The position numbers and the translations under genes were made by a program. Positions 24,088 through 39,700 of a DNA stretch of 64,000 nt are shown piece by piece (positions within the stretch are counted from its first letter, which is position 1; every line of letters starts with the position of its first letter). Below the pieces are notes generated by a model, which made no database searches, had not been told where the DNA came from, and saw only the letters and a list, made by a program, of their open reading frames with translations. The stretch is taken from the NCBI GenBank assembly GCA_030704615.1, contig CM060731.1:78554001-78618000 (forward strand), written 5' to 3'. The stretch comes from Takakia lepidozioides. Lineage: Eukaryota > Plantae > Bryophyta.

Positions 24088-25866
24088 ATGCCTAAGTAAT
24101 ACCCTCAATTCATCACCAAGATAAATCATGTCACCCCATGATCCCCACCGCCTTGATTAAGCTACCGTTCAGTTCAATGCTGGCCGGTATGACATCTACG
24201 ATAATTCTAGCTGACACAGAACAATCACGCCACGATTTGTACGTAGACGCATTATTTACTGTCACATCCTCAATGCAGTATTTGATATATTTGCCTACAA
24301 GATAGGGACTGACACTGGTAATATGACTTACTTTGGACAGACAATTGATCCGAGTTTTCCAGATACCCTCTCGCCTCCCACCAACGATGAGCCGATGCCT
24401 CATCAAATTGGGCCAATTTAAAACCCATCTCCACCATATGGAACCACTTCGTGTCTTGACTCATCTTGCCCTTTGAGACATATGGTCGTGAGACACGCCC
24501 CTACAAACGAGGCGTCGATGTTCTCATCGACCCAACCAAACTCTTTGGATACTATCCACCTAGGTGTGGCATCCCACAACAAGGAGTCAGTTCCCAAGCC
24601 ATTATGTCCAATGCTCAAGAAACCAACTCCCGCTTAACTCTAACAACACGCTAGGTAGTTTTTTTTTCGTTTTATTGGTCGAGCTCTGGTTGAAGATGGG
24701 AGTGGAACTTTTCAAGCTACACCTAGTGCAGTCTCGATCCTCCTCAAGATCAAATCGCCTTATAGCAAAAACAATTTGCTTATGACCGCCCGTGAAGTCG
24801 CTTTTGGTATCACCAGCTTGGGCAAGAACTTAAAATCAAATATGAATGTGACAAAAATATATAAAATATGCTATCAAAATTAAATCCTTATTTTTTGAAT
24901 TAATAATATGATGTAAATAATTGAGGTAATATGATAAAGGTTTTATGGTGCATGTAGGCGCATATAATGCAAAGTTTTATCGAGAAGTTTTAACATAGGT
25001 TTATGTTTTTTTGAAAATGATGCGCAGTCTGGTCTTCAGGAAAACCAATAAATGTGAACGCATTGTTGAAATGTAAGTTATGGTGTCACATGACCCAAAT
25101 CCATAACCACTAACGAGGGAGTTCGTGCCTTTACCACTAGGCTGTATGTTGGCTCACTGAACTCAAACTACTAGTGTCGCTCCGGTGATGTCACCCCAAT
25201 CAATGTACTGTCACTCCAGTGTCTAGTGTCACTCCATTTAATGTCACTCTTGAAAGGGAGTGGAGAAGATTTGATGGACCAAAAACTGGCATACCATGTT
25301 GTCAGGGATAGCACTCTTGAAACAACAAAATTACGAGAAAGACAAATTCTCAAAACCACTTACGTTAATACAAAGTAGGAAGGTTAGTCATCATAGAATT
25401 GTTCACCCAAAAAGTTCCTACATTATTGTTATTGTTCTCCCATTTGAATTAGTCAAGGTGCAGATGGATTTTAACTAGTTAAGGTACATCAGTAGAAAAA
25501 CACCATTGCATGGTTTCTTATCACAGCTCGAAGGAGCCAATAAACAGACCAATTTCAAGGTTGGCGACCAAGACTTAAACAGTCATACCACCTGCCACTG
25601 TCAACGGTAGGCATACCTATTGGTCGTCCAGTCTTGGACAGACCACTGACTACCACTCTGGGCCAAGCCACTGCTTACAGCAAGTGCGATGTTGAACTAA
25701 CTAGAGACCAATGGTCGAGAGCAAGGAATTCAAACATTAACTACACATTTGTCGGAAAATCAGAAAATGAGAATAGTTTAGAGGTGCTACCCTGTCTTCT
25801 ATCTGTGCTCTTTCCACTTCATCTTCCTCTAGTCACCGATCCCCCTCACTCCACTCACATCAGGAG

Positions 25867-26152
25867 CAGTGTTTTTATTTCTGGCGAAATTTCGCACTTT
25901 TTCTCCCTCAAAAATCAAAATCGAATAATCTGTCATAAATTCCCTGTTTTCTCATGGATGAAATCGCCAAAATTCTCAAAACAAAATATAAATCTTGGAT
26001 GAATTCGCCTAATATGGATGATATACATGGATGAAAGTACAGAGGAGGATGAGTCTGTCCAAATTTCAGTGGATGAGCAGAAAATATGGCTATTTCCTGC
26101 AAAACTCAGTAGCCAGTCCTGTTCTTTTCAAAATTTGAAAAAAAAAACACTG
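25867..26152. mobile_element. hAT-type MITE
   Basis: TIRs CAGTGTTTTT / AAAAACACTG; perfect 8-bp TSD ATCAGGAG (25859-25866 and 26153-26160). Confidence 0.9.
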
Positions 26153-27797
26153 ATCAGGAGGGGTCATGAAGAAGGCTCCGGCTTCAAGGGCTCAATCTCT
26201 TCTCAATATTTGTTCATGAGGAATGGTTGACCGTATGAACGTTGATTAGAACACTCCTTTGATTGCCCTGCAGGTGCCACCTGGCAGGAGCCCGACCGGG
26301 CAGCGAGCAGAATACTTCCACACTGCATATTTCAGATCCTGTTTTACACCTTGAGAGTCTGGGATGCTTTCCATGCACCTGATGTCGAAAGTACATTTAT
26401 TTCACACATAAAGAAATAAAAGAGTTATGTGGCATGGGAAACAAAAATTGCAACCCAATTTGCCGAAGCCAATATCATGGGATGACTCTGGATGTTCAGC
26501 ACACACATTTTCTAGACCTTGCACAGCCAGAAATTCATGTGGCACATGCGAGGCGGCATATGAATGTGAAGGCCCAACGTTTGACATGAAGAATGAAGGA
26601 ACTGCATGGGTGATACTTCCTTACAGATGTCGAGCACTTCCCTAATAGAACGACCTTAATAACATCTGTGTAAACTAGAAATGCCAACAGCAAACAATGA
26701 GACAACCTCCAGTGACATGGTAAGTTCTGCAATGAGATTACATTCAGTCCTCTGTGCACATTCCTACCAGCAAGGTGGACATACAACCAGGGGATATGAA
26801 TGAGGTAGACGCACAAGCAACTTTACTTAAAAAGTTGGAAATGTGCCAAAAAGAATGCACAGATAAAACTCAAGTAAACAATTTGAGGCCCTGTCACATG
26901 GCAGCCCATTCACAATGAGCCAATAATGAGTGATGTGGTTATGATACATTCCTAAATGTACAGCTCCTTTCAAAAACGCTGGCACACATTCCTGCAGCAC
27001 CAACCCAACCATGCGATACCTCATCACCTGAAGTACAAAGGACCCCCGGAACTAACTGAGCAATCAGCTCCATTGAAAAAGGAGCAAAAGGACAGAGACA
27101 ACGCACCAGCCAAGGAAGAGATTAGAAGACCAAGATTGAATTTGGAAAGGGTACTAGTTTAATCCCCTGCAAAATGCACAACAGCACATTGAGTCACATG
27201 CCGATACCAACTCAAAGGGACAAAAATAGTTGTCCAGATATCTTTTCACCTCATATCTCCTTGACACGACAGTCAACTCTTCCCTTGTATGCAAAGAAAC
27301 TCCCACATAGGTTGGTACACAGAACTAGCAAGGAGGGATACAATCAACATTTGGGTATGTACTATTTATCGTACCCTGCACAGGTTGGATATAACATACC
27401 CTCAAAAGCCCCTGTGCACCACTGAAGTGAGACGCAGAGGAGAAAGAGAAACATTTCACCATAAGATGATGTAAATTGGATACACTGGTCTGTGCCAAAC
27501 ACTGACTGCCAGACCAAGAGCGGAGGTGGGCAGGAGGTGGGGAGATACAGGTACACCCAAGAAGACCCCATCATGGGTCGACTAGCTCTTCCACTCTCTA
27601 GAACGGGAATTGAACATGTGTAAGGCAATTATGCCCCATTCCAGCAGGTATTCAGAGCCATACAACCTCTTAGGAGGGCAGGCCATAGCGAACGGGGCTT
27701 GGCACGAACACATGAATAGTGGTGGGACCCACCAGCCAGTAATCCAGACACACACAGGCCGCAGCCTGCATGTGTGAGAGTGTGACAGTCATAGGGC

Positions 27798-30700
27798 CTA
27801 ATCCGAGTCAGATTCATCAACGCGGTAGTAGTGATGATGCCGGCGTACATGCAGTGCGCTACTGCGAGGCTTTGCTGGAATGGAGTTGCAGCCAGGACTT
27901 CGGCTGTGACCTGGCCTTTGCTGGCAACCTGGTGTGTTTCCAGTACTGCTGATACCCAACAGCACTGATGCTGCCATACAAACACACAACACGTCAAGTC
28001 AAGCATGCCAAGCCGTGCATTTCCACATAATTAGTGTCTGGCTTCAAAGTTTGAAATGACATCACACATGCGACAAACAGTGAGGATATGAAAGAGTCCT
28101 TCCCCTCCAGCACTTCATTTTGAACAGAATGATGTGATCTAAATATGTCTGAATATGACTACATGTTGAGAATTGAGTACTTGAAGTAGATACGGGAGAC
28201 TTCACTTTTATGTCAAGGGTTAAGATGGTAACTCGCTGCTCAGATGCAACTCTTTGTAAATATGACGAGATAGTTATCATGCTTGAGATGGTACAAAAAC
28301 AGCGAAACAGGAAAACAGCAAGGGTCAATAGGGCAGTTCATGTCTCCCCACGTGTTTTCGTACAATTTCCACATCCCTTTTCAATCGTTAAACACTGGTA
28401 TTGATACCCAGGCATATATCCTTGAAATCGGAATCCAACTCCCGACGCTATTTTTCTAGTGTAGGAGTATAACATCAAACAACTTGCCAACTAACATCAT
28501 TTCGGCACCCCCTCATTCCCAAGACAGGTGCACGACATACCCTCCCTTTTCCAAAACAAGACAAGAAGAGGACAGAATTTACAAGAGCATTTGATCAGGA
28601 ACCAGAAAATGGATCCCTGCTAAGAGAGACAGCAACCCACGAAATCCAATAGTCACAACATACCTGTGGCTAAAGAATCTAGGACACCTCCTCTGGCTTG
28701 TGGGGTAGGCCAGTGAAGCTCCCGTGACGGGGAGCTTGGAACACATGGAGGGGGAGCTGAATCAACCCCACTCTTCCCTCCACCTAGACTGAGCGAAAAC
28801 CATGCATTGTCCACCTCGTCTCTTGGTAACACCAAGGGTTCTGGCAAGCTCGATTGAATCTGGATCCATCCAACACATCCCATCAGGAAAGATGCCAGCC
28901 GGGATCATAACTAGGCACCCAACCTTTCCCCAAGTGGTGAAGAATTCTACAGTTGGATCCAGTCAATATAAACAGCATTTACTATCTAAACCCCCAAAAC
29001 TAGCCTTGTTGATACAGGGAGCTGTACACATAACATAGATGGATGTCAATATGCCTCCCAAGAGGTACTAATGACTCAGAAATGATGCTTTAACAACAGA
29101 GTGCAATGGTGAGCAATGTCATCAAATTGAACAGCCAATTACCTGAACACGAGCAGGCTGGGGAGGTAAAAATAGGTGCAGCGCTGACTCTGATGGTGAG
29201 GTGCCCCTTTCACTGTCGTTACTCCCACCATTACCTTCAGTACTAGCATATGCAGGTGTTGTTGGAGAAAGCTGACTGTATCTTGTCCAGCCTGAACCCC
29301 TTGTCAGGTCTTCCATATGAGGGGATGGTAGTCCATACCCTGCACCTGCAACCGCTAGCATTGGCGTGGGCCGCACAGGGCCAGGGTGGTGGCTGTGATG
29401 CATGTCTGGCTCTGAAACAAAACAACCATATTGAGCATTGTGAACATTCTGCAACTGGGAGGACCAGAAACTATTGTTCTCCATTTGCAAGCCAAGCTCA
29501 CTGCCATGAATCCCTTTGTCAGCCATGTCCATGCTTGCTCTCGTGGCTGTTAATGAGTTGAATGGCAAGGACTCCATGTGGAGGCCTACCACCACATCAG
29601 CTTCTTTTGTTCCCAGAGCAAGGTGTGGGGAGTCACAGTGTAAATCATCTAGGGAAATTAGATTAGGGGACCTTAGCCTACTCTGACCCATATTGTCAGA
29701 GTCCCTATAGACAGATGCTCCAGATGATCCTATAATCGGCTCATCACCATCCTCACCGTCAGTATCACTGAGAACTATAACATGTGATCCATTTGGCGGC
29801 TCACCAGCACTGCTTTGCCATGCCCCTACTAGCGTAGCAACTGGATTTATGGGGGAACCCACTCCATTATTGTACTCTGATAGGTCAACATCTTTCTCAC
29901 TTGGCTCTTGGTTTACACTCTGCTCATCTTCATCATGATTCCCTTGGTCGTCGTTGCTATCAGTTGCACTACTACTCCGCGAGGCTAATGTAGTGGTCTT
30001 CTGCCGTTGGCTCGGACCTGCCCAGCCATTTGGGCGCTTGGTGCCATTAACAGTCCAGAGGTCATCATGTGTGCGCTTAATGCCAAGTCGCAAAGAGTCC
30101 TGCTCCGGTGAAGACAAACCTTCTTCCACCTTCACATGAAGAAGGGGCGCTTGTGGGGTTGGAGGCTTAAAATGGTTTACCCCCTTTGCTACAGGGACTA
30201 AAGCACCACAGGGCATTCGCCACGGCTCATGGAACTTTGTGTCTCCTTCCAATTTGGGCCGCCACATACCATCAGCTTTCATCTCAACTTCAGTTACATC
30301 TTCCGCCATATTTTTCATCTGTCAGCAATAATTTAGGTCATATCCACCATTAAAGCATAGATACTGAGTATGGATGTGTAGATGCCACTGTCACAGGAAC
30401 TAGGAATAATCAAAGGAAAGCAGAAGTGATGGAATGCTTACTGCCATAGCATGCGGTTGATAAAGGGATTGCCAAATAAGCATTTCAATGAGGTAGTTTT
30501 TCAGGAAAATTGGGCAAGCGAGAGCAGAAGTGATGAGATTTAGCTTACAGCCGTAGTAATGCAGCTGAAAAAAGGATCAATAATAAGCACTTCAATGCAG
30601 TAGTTCTTGAGGCAAATTGGACATTGCCACTGCATTCACACACCGGATACAATGTGTAAACCATTAGTATAGACCCCTGGACATACCATACGAAGAGAAC

Positions 30701-33700
30701 AAGTTGGTAACCAACTGTGGATTTGGAACTAAATCGAAGTAAGCAACTTTCTTCCTCACAATCCTAAGAATGGTATGGTAAATTTATGACACCGTGAGCC
30801 ATTGACAACCGAAAGAGACCATTTCTTGGACAGCAAATATGTCACTGTTGAGGTGTCCAGCCAGTGACATTGACAATACAAAGAAACCATTTCTTGGAAA
30901 GCAAAATTTGTCATCTTGCAGGCGTGTAGCAATGGAAAGAGACCCTTTCTTGGAAATCTATATGTCACTCTTGAGGTGGACAAATTGATATTCACGATGA
31001 AAAGAGACCATTTCCTGGAAAGTAAAATCTGTCACCCTGGAGGTGTCTAGCCAATAACAATGGAAGACGACTATTCCTTGCAGAGTAAGCCATTACCACG
31101 AAGCATAATAGCCTTGCCTATAAGCACAAATAGAGAGTCAACACAATGGGCACAGTGTAGAGTTTGAGCACTCACCTTCCGTGCACGCTGATTGAGCTCC
31201 ACAAAAGTATTCAAGTCAAAACAACCCATATGAAGGCAAGGCTTAAATCGTCCCGCCACCCTGATGCGAGACCCACTCATCTGTGTTCCCATGTACACAC
31301 ATTAGTCAGTTAAATAAAAACCTTCTTGATGTCCCATTATCATTGCTTTATATTTCACAACTAGGACCAATAAACACAAAGGAGATAGCCCATGAATGAC
31401 CAAACCAATAAGATCAGAACATAAAGTGTGATTCTTGTTAATGAACATAAGAACATAGTCCTAGAAGACTGTGTTGCCTTGCTTGTCAACATCATCATAC
31501 TGATGCATGTGAACATTTGATGCCATCATGAGTAAAGGGGAGAAGAAGAGGGGAGAGAGAACACCATACATCCAGGAGTGCGAAGAAAGATAGGGAGCTA
31601 TCATATAGAACGAGAGAAGCTACTATAATCTATGATGAAATTTGATGTGATCATAGCACTGAAAGTAGACATAAACAGAGAGGGAGTCAATCAGCACTAT
31701 GAGATTGCTATGAACTTACATCATCTATAGGGATAAGAGTACAAAGAGAAGGAGCTATTATATAGAACGAGAGAATCTATTTGATGCCATCATAGAGATG
31801 AGTGTATAAAGACGAGGAGAGGGAGGCAAACACATTGAAAGAGAGGATGTGCCATGCTAAGGCTCAAGGAAAAATGATCAAAAGAATAAAGAAAAAACAC
31901 ACGATTTGAGCTTAAAATCACATGTACATTTTTTTAACAGTAATATACTCCAAGGAGTCATCTAATCCATACAGGACAACATAAGCTGAAATGATCCACA
32001 AGAACTAGAAGGCAACACCATTTTCCAAGCACTCATGTAGTCCTTACAGGGCAACGTAAGTTGACAGTGATAGACTCCGCCATAACTTCCACATCACTAT
32101 CATTATCATCGTCCACCCCAACTCCCTGACCCCCTCCACCATTGATGCACCGGTGTACACGTGCCATTGCATCATCGAACTTCTCCCCATCTGTAACAGC
32201 TGGGATCATGGCCATCACCTGTCATGACAGCCCACATCCCTAACCAATAGTCAAGGCACTGGCATAGACAAAACTTAGCCTAAGATATCTTGGGTAAGTG
32301 TTTGAATACCATTGAAATCTGCTAATTATTTTTTAGGAAGTCTACTCATGATGCAGAATGAATTGTGAAATAGAAGAATAAGACAATATCAAGCAACATG
32401 GCTTCTAAGAGAGAAGTTAAAGTGACTAAAGAGGCAACATGGATTCTGAATTTGCAAAATAACATAATATTAAACAACATGGGATCTAACATACAAATCT
32501 AGCTAGGAATTGTAAGGTTCATCAAAGACATGGAATGAATTATCAAATTGAAAAATAAAAGAACATTAAGAAATATGACTCCAACATCTAGCAACTAACA
32601 AGGACCAAGACAACATTGAGAGTGTACTTCATATAAATCGTTATTGTGAGGCCTCCAAGGCATAGTAATACACCAGCATAAAACATTGGTCTTTCTTCAA
32701 GAGGAGTACACAATCTTAAGACCCTTTACACATACCACCCTAAGCTAGGTAACATACCCAAACTTGTAGCACACACAGTTCAAGCTGAAAAAGACAAACA
32801 CACTTCCAAGAAGAGAAATTGCAGATAGCCCACATATTCCCACACATAAGCTACATTAAAAATGGAAATTTTCTTGAAGCTAAGTGCACCCAAACCTGAA
32901 AGTGAGAAAACTACATTTAGAAATAGCAATGGCATACTATTAAAGCAAGACCCAAGCGGCCAAAGTGAGAAACCACCTTTAGCGATTCAAATGGCGGATA
33001 ATGCATACTCCCACACAAAGGGCACAGGAGAAAGCAAAAGACTACCTGAAGCAAAGAGCAACGGCGGATAATACGCACTCCAACGCAAAAGGCACGGGCA
33101 TCATACGCTAAGAATGAAAAAGTATTTTGCCCGTCTCTAATGCATGCGGTTATCTGCAAGCCCTCCAACCCCACTGCTTTAGACAGAAAGGGGCAAGTCA
33201 CACTACATCAAGCTTAGAAATGCACCAAAGTCGCTCACATTCCCTGTTTCAGTCTCTCTTTGTACTACTCTACTACACCACCAACCCCACTCCTTGAGAT
33301 ATTCCTTCAGAGAGGGGGACAAATCATGTGAAGCAATCTAAGAAATTCACCAAAGTCCTTCCAGTACTTCACTACACCACCAACCCCACTTCTTGAGAAA
33401 ATACTCGAGAGAGAGGGATAAATCAGGCAAAGGAAGAGCATCCACCAAAGTCCCTTACATTTGTTACACCTCTTTGCCCTAATTCACTACATTCATCACC
33501 TACATTCTCGTTGTCTCACTTAGGAATCTACTACAACATCTTAACAGTCTTGGTGACAACCCATGCTACAATAACACACCTAAGAAGAATTGTCATACTA
33601 CAAATCAGAATAATGAAACCGTACCGTTGGCCCTTCATCCCGACCATTAGCCCCAAGCAATTGTTGGCCTGGTCGATTAGTCACCCGAACATTGTACCCT

Positions 33701-36700
33701 GTGGAAACGATCAATGATTAGAGCATTGGCAATTATTAGGCGTAAAGCAATAGCCAAACTAGATGGCCACAGAAAGCACATAATGACGAGACTAGTCTAG
33801 ACCCCTTCAACACAAGCTATACATGTGTAACTACTATACATCCATCAAATGAGATATGAAAATGGCATAATGTTCAAGATTCTTATTGTGTGCCAAAACT
33901 TAGAGAAAGGATAAACAAAATAACCAAAGGTTTAATGGCACCAAGTTCGTGTCATAGAGAACCAAAGGACTAATTCTCTACAACTGTAAGACTCTGAAGA
34001 AACTAGTTACAGAGAACTACTTCGAGACAATTGCAAAACCACACAACACGCAAGTTCTACATATTCTACATATATCTACTACCAAAATGACAGTCTCAGA
34101 TATGAAAGATCTCATTTGACCAAAACTAAGCAAACATAAGTGACCTCAACAACTTTCACCACCTCGGAGTGGACACAAGAAGGACCAAACGCTACTAAAA
34201 CTAGCCATAGTTATGCTATAAGATATGAATGATTTGACAAACAATAAGCAAACCAAAAAGAATCTACCAACTTGACCAATTGGGAGTGGATAGGCGACAA
34301 CATAATTACACCAAAAAAGAACTTAAGACTAACTAACACTAGCCCACCACAAAACCACAACAGAAATTCCACACATTAAGGACGTCAAAATACTAGGAAG
34401 CTGAGGATGAAGACAAAAAGGGGCCAAAAAACCAAACAAACCCAAAATTAAACTATGAGGGTGCTAAAGGGGCACCATAGTTTTAGTCTACATCAATCCT
34501 GTTTACAGCAGAACCTAGTCAAAAGTTAAGAAATTAATCCTAAATAAGAATGAAAATTGTCAATTGACAAGGTATAGAATGGAGTAAAAAATTTCACAGT
34601 ATATGAGGCTCATAGTATCAGAAAGCTACACTGTCAGGATATGTGTAAACTAGAGGGAACAAATTATGTGCGAAACAGCTAAGGTGAAAGCCACATTACT
34701 ATACAAATCCTTGGATACAAATTGGCGAAGCTCACATCAGAGCAGTCAAATCTTAAATTGGAAGTCAAGTAACTAAAGAAACACTTTGATGATTTCTCAT
34801 TCAAAACATAAGGAATAAATGGTAAATATACCATTGACACGAAGCTCGGCATACGAAGGCCAGTGCATACGAAAGGGAACCTTGTCATTTAAGAGAACAC
34901 ACCACACCTGCAAAAGATTTTAAACCCAAACAAAACCCACTGGAAGGTTAGCATAAAAGTCTAAGCAAATCACATTTATAACAGATCCTAATCCCAAGAA
35001 ATCCTCACAGAAAAGGAACCTTGTCATTTAAAAGCACGCATCACACCTACCATTCTGCCTCCCCAGTGATAATATCAATTAACATACTTGGCTTGCACAG
35101 AATTCTAAAAAAGCACCACATCCATCATTGATCCAAATTATTGCTTCATGGTGCATACGGGACTTTGTCAATTAGAAGCATACATTACACCTACAATAGA
35201 CTCTAACCCTTAAGTTTCCTATCTCAAAACGTCAATTGTCAATATAGTTGGCCTAGACACACCACCTTCTTAATAGATACCAAAAGGATAATAAGTGACA
35301 CATAAGCAAAGAACAAAAGTCCAGTGCACTCGAATAAGAGTATCAACATAGTCAGCTTGGATATGTGGATCCCATATACCCCAGGGAAATAATTACTCCA
35401 TTAAACAGTGAAGACTTCAGACTTGAAAAATAGAGAACGAGGTCATTACTCACCCAATGTACAAAGAGTTGGAAGGGGTTAAGTGTTGATAGAAACATTG
35501 TTCTTCTAGGAAGTCTGGTAAGATCTCAAAGGGTATGCAAGAGGTGTATCACAAAATTGATCTTCTAGAAATTCTGGTAAGAGGGTATGAAATAGGGTAT
35601 CTCCAAAACTAAGTTACTCTGATAGGACTTCAAAGGGTACAAATACCTAACCTGAATAACTAACTCATAAACTTTCTAAGTAGACATTGGGTGCAAGGTT
35701 TCATTGCTAACATTGGGAATAAGATATCTAATATTCATCAAAGGATGTCACATAACAACACCTTAGATCTCCCTCACCAAGTATGTTATACAATTTCACC
35801 ATAGGATGCTATTTTTTAAGAAAAAAACCTGAAAGCTCTCTCACCAAAACTAATTGCAACAACAGTGCTACCTCCCTCACAAGGACATATTCTAATTCAA
35901 CATAGGAAGTTACAAAAGAAAACCTGATTGCTGTTTCATAGCTGCCTTACCAAGTATGATATCTAAAGAGAGCATAGGATGCTAAGCACAAAACCTGGTA
36001 GCTACCTCATCAACAGGTACAAAAGAAAAACAAGCCAATGGTAGCTCTGATATTGAAGGTTGTTATTTCCCTCACCAAATAAATATATCTAAACTGAAGA
36101 TCACATGTATGGGATAAAACTCGATAGCTCCCTCATCAATTGCTACCAAAGCGGAGCCTCATCCATGCAAGTTCCTTGCCACTCTCTGTCATGTCAATAT
36201 GTATGAAGACAGAGCTCTCAACAAGATGTCAAGCAGAAAAATCCATTAAATGATCAAGCATAGCTGTAACTCCCTTTGACAATCATAGTGTACACAAGAT
36301 CCTCCGAGTTAATTAGTTGTGTCAGGCCTCAAAGGGCATGTTTGAGTAGAATCCAATCAGGGGGATACAATAGTTATTCTGGTAAGATATGAAACAGTAT
36401 CAAGTAGTTATTTTGGTAAAGAGTCGAACAATAAACCCTTATCTTTATTCCATCTCTGTTCAAATCATCTCTAGAAAATTCTTAAGGACTAATATTAGCT
36501 GACTTTGGAGTAGAACAATCACTGTTCCATGTGGGATAGAAGAGCATAACACCCGATAGCTCCGTCACTTCATCATGGAATTCAGGAGAACAGTTTAAAC
36601 TCTAATGTTAATTACTACCTTGGTTTTAAATACCTTCTTCGGGTAGCCTAAACTCTATTGTTAAAGTTTCACCTCATGGCTCCCTCATTTCCAGATGGAT

Positions 36701-39700
36701 ATAGGATAGTGAAACTTCAGAACCCCCTCATAAAAATGCACATGATCATCGTTAGCAATTTCCACCACATTGTACCCATCAACCATAGCTCCCTCATTTC
36801 CAGATGGATATAGGATAATGAAACTTCAGAACCCACTCATAAAAAGGAACATAACCATCGTTAGCAATTTCCACCACATTGTACCCATCCGCAATTGTGT
36901 TGCCTACAAACACACTGTCATACATATGCAATCTTTCTGGAGGAAAAATATCATGGACCAAGCCTCAAGCACAAGCATAAATCCCTCACATGCCATACAA
37001 AAAACAATAAATGCATGTAACCTGAATATCATGATTTTGTTTGTGAAGCAACTCTCGATTTGCACGTGTTAATGTAAATGTCTTCTCCACATTTTGCAAT
37101 GGATTTGAGCTGCACCCCACCAGTCATCTCAACATTTCCTGACCTATTTGCAAAACTTAAATACTCTCAAAAAGGCCAATATCAACAACTCCTACATCCC
37201 TCTACTAAATAAGCACTCTATAAACAAGCTAACATAATACACATAAGCTCCATATTTGTCTTTCCTTTCAAATAAACAAGTTCATCATCACCATACAATC
37301 CACTTCGTTTGCACTCAAGATGTTGCCACGAAAGACATCATATTATAAGTGTAAGATAAAAACAAACCCCTCTGCCGTGGAAAGAGATATGTTCAGCTTC
37401 ACTGGAAGCAAAGGGTGTGAAAGCGCCACAGAAAATCTGTTGGAAATGCATAGGCACACATTACTACATAGTTTGATATTGCCTTGAACTAGCAAACTCA
37501 CTCTTTTTTCAGTTTTAGCACAACTACTGACTATAAACTTTGGGATACATGACAAAATACACACATAGGTTCCCTGTGGGTGGCAGATGGATGAAACACA
37601 TAAGAGACCTTAAGCACAATTAAGACAGAGACCTTTTCATACAGATAAACATCACACACTTACAATTCTAGTTACAGACCTTCATACTAAGCAACTTTAA
37701 AAGCTACAAAATTGTCAGGAGCCAATTATTAAGATAGAGTAATATGGATGCCCACGAGTGAAGCGGCAAAACTCACAAAACAACCAAGAAGGAATCCACA
37801 TTTCAACAAAACTATAAACTTATGGGAATACATATAACAAACACCTAGATTCCCTACTAGTGGTAGATGGATTACAAAAATAAGAGCCCTCCAGCACAAT
37901 GTCCGATAGAGACCTTTCATATATGCTGCATACTAACAACTCTCTGTAGAAACCTTTCATCTTCAAAAGCTACAAAACCATGAGAGGAACCAAATATTGA
38001 GGTAGAGTCATACGGATCGCCACGAGCAATGCGGCAAAGCTCGCAATAGAAATGAGGAGGAACCTCTGCTTTAGTGGCCTCAGAGGACTTCTCTGGAATC
38101 ACCACACAGTCCCTGTGTTGGCGCACTCTACATTTGCTATCATCACACTGCTACATTCAAAATTCACACGTCAGATTCTACAAATACAATTCCCAGGTGA
38201 AGAAAGTAAATAGATTTCCTCTAGAACCGCCACCCCTGACCTGAGTTTATGTGTTGCAACACACCACGTTTGCTATCATCTCAGTACCACATAATGTCGA
38301 AGCTAGGGCTCATTCGGAACTCTTTTAACTTCTAAGAATACATCACTATAGGTGAAGAAATAGATGGATTCTCTTTTCCATTCACATCTGGAATGGGCAT
38401 CTTCTATGTTACCTACTCTTATTGTGCAATATTTATGTGTTGTAATTCTGCGTGTGCATCATAACCGAGTCTAGCAGCTATTGTCAGAAATTTTCTATCC
38501 TACACACCATCAACTTCCTTTGGATTGTCTTGAAATGTGAAGTGCAGATAGACCTTTTGAAGTAAACTTAATGGCCAAATGCAATCCCTTCTGATCCTAC
38601 AGGGTGTTTGTGGAAGCAAGAACTAGCAAAACAGCAACCTCCTAGAAATGTTCTAGTGAAATCCTCCAAAACATACAATAAATAAAGTTAAAAAAATTAG
38701 AGATAAAAATTGAATAACCTGAATCATGGTTTCCCTCCCCACAGAGTTGCCACACGGGCACCGGGTCTTTGCTTCATCCTTGCCAATAATCTCTTCATGT
38801 TCATCTGAGTGAGCAACGCTGCCAGACCTAGCTGTGGCATTATTATTCTTCTCCCCCGATGACAAATCAGGCGCAGCCAAACCCCGTAACTTCCTGGCAT
38901 CACCATGGTGACCCTTAATCTTCTTAAAGACCATCCACATCTACAACTGGAAAGAAGTCTACATATCAATCAGAACCTCTGCTACCGTGTATATATATAC
39001 CATTTAACATCTCTCTTACATCTTGCTCACATTAGAAACGAATAAGCAGATTGCCTAAACTCCCATCACACAAACCTCTAACTCTTATTTATTGTAAGCC
39101 CACATGTCTAGGCCATGTAGATGATGTTTGTAGCCTAGGTTGTTCTTCCTGGAACCCTAAACGTCCATTATGCTCTTGAGTGTGGACCACTCATAGCGAA
39201 GTAGTTTAAAAAAACTATCCCAGTACTAAGCCACACATGGTTGTTAACTGAGTGGGAGATGCAAAATACAAAACAAACCAGAGATTCAAAGTAAATTTAC
39301 CTGTAGATATCATCAATGACATTTACTGCATCATCCCTACTGACCACATTCTTATGATGTGGCAATTTCAACCCTGTACCCATCCAAAACATACAAAGAT
39401 ATAAGCAACTATCTTCCATGATTTTTGGTATTCTCTCTAGATTATAATTTGTATTGCTGTCATAACACTTGTAACATGAAGAGCCCTCGCATGGATGTTG
39501 AGTTAAAAATAGATTAGCACACTTCTCATCAAGAACTAATCCACTCACTCTATTGACATATTCTAAGGTAAAAAATGAGAAGGATACCTTTGTGACTTGG
39601 TGGTGGTCTTTCTGCAGCCCCTATCACTCCCATGATCTTTTCCATAAGAACCTGCTTATACACAATCACCATATCTATGTGATTAGCTTCTCTTGACCCC

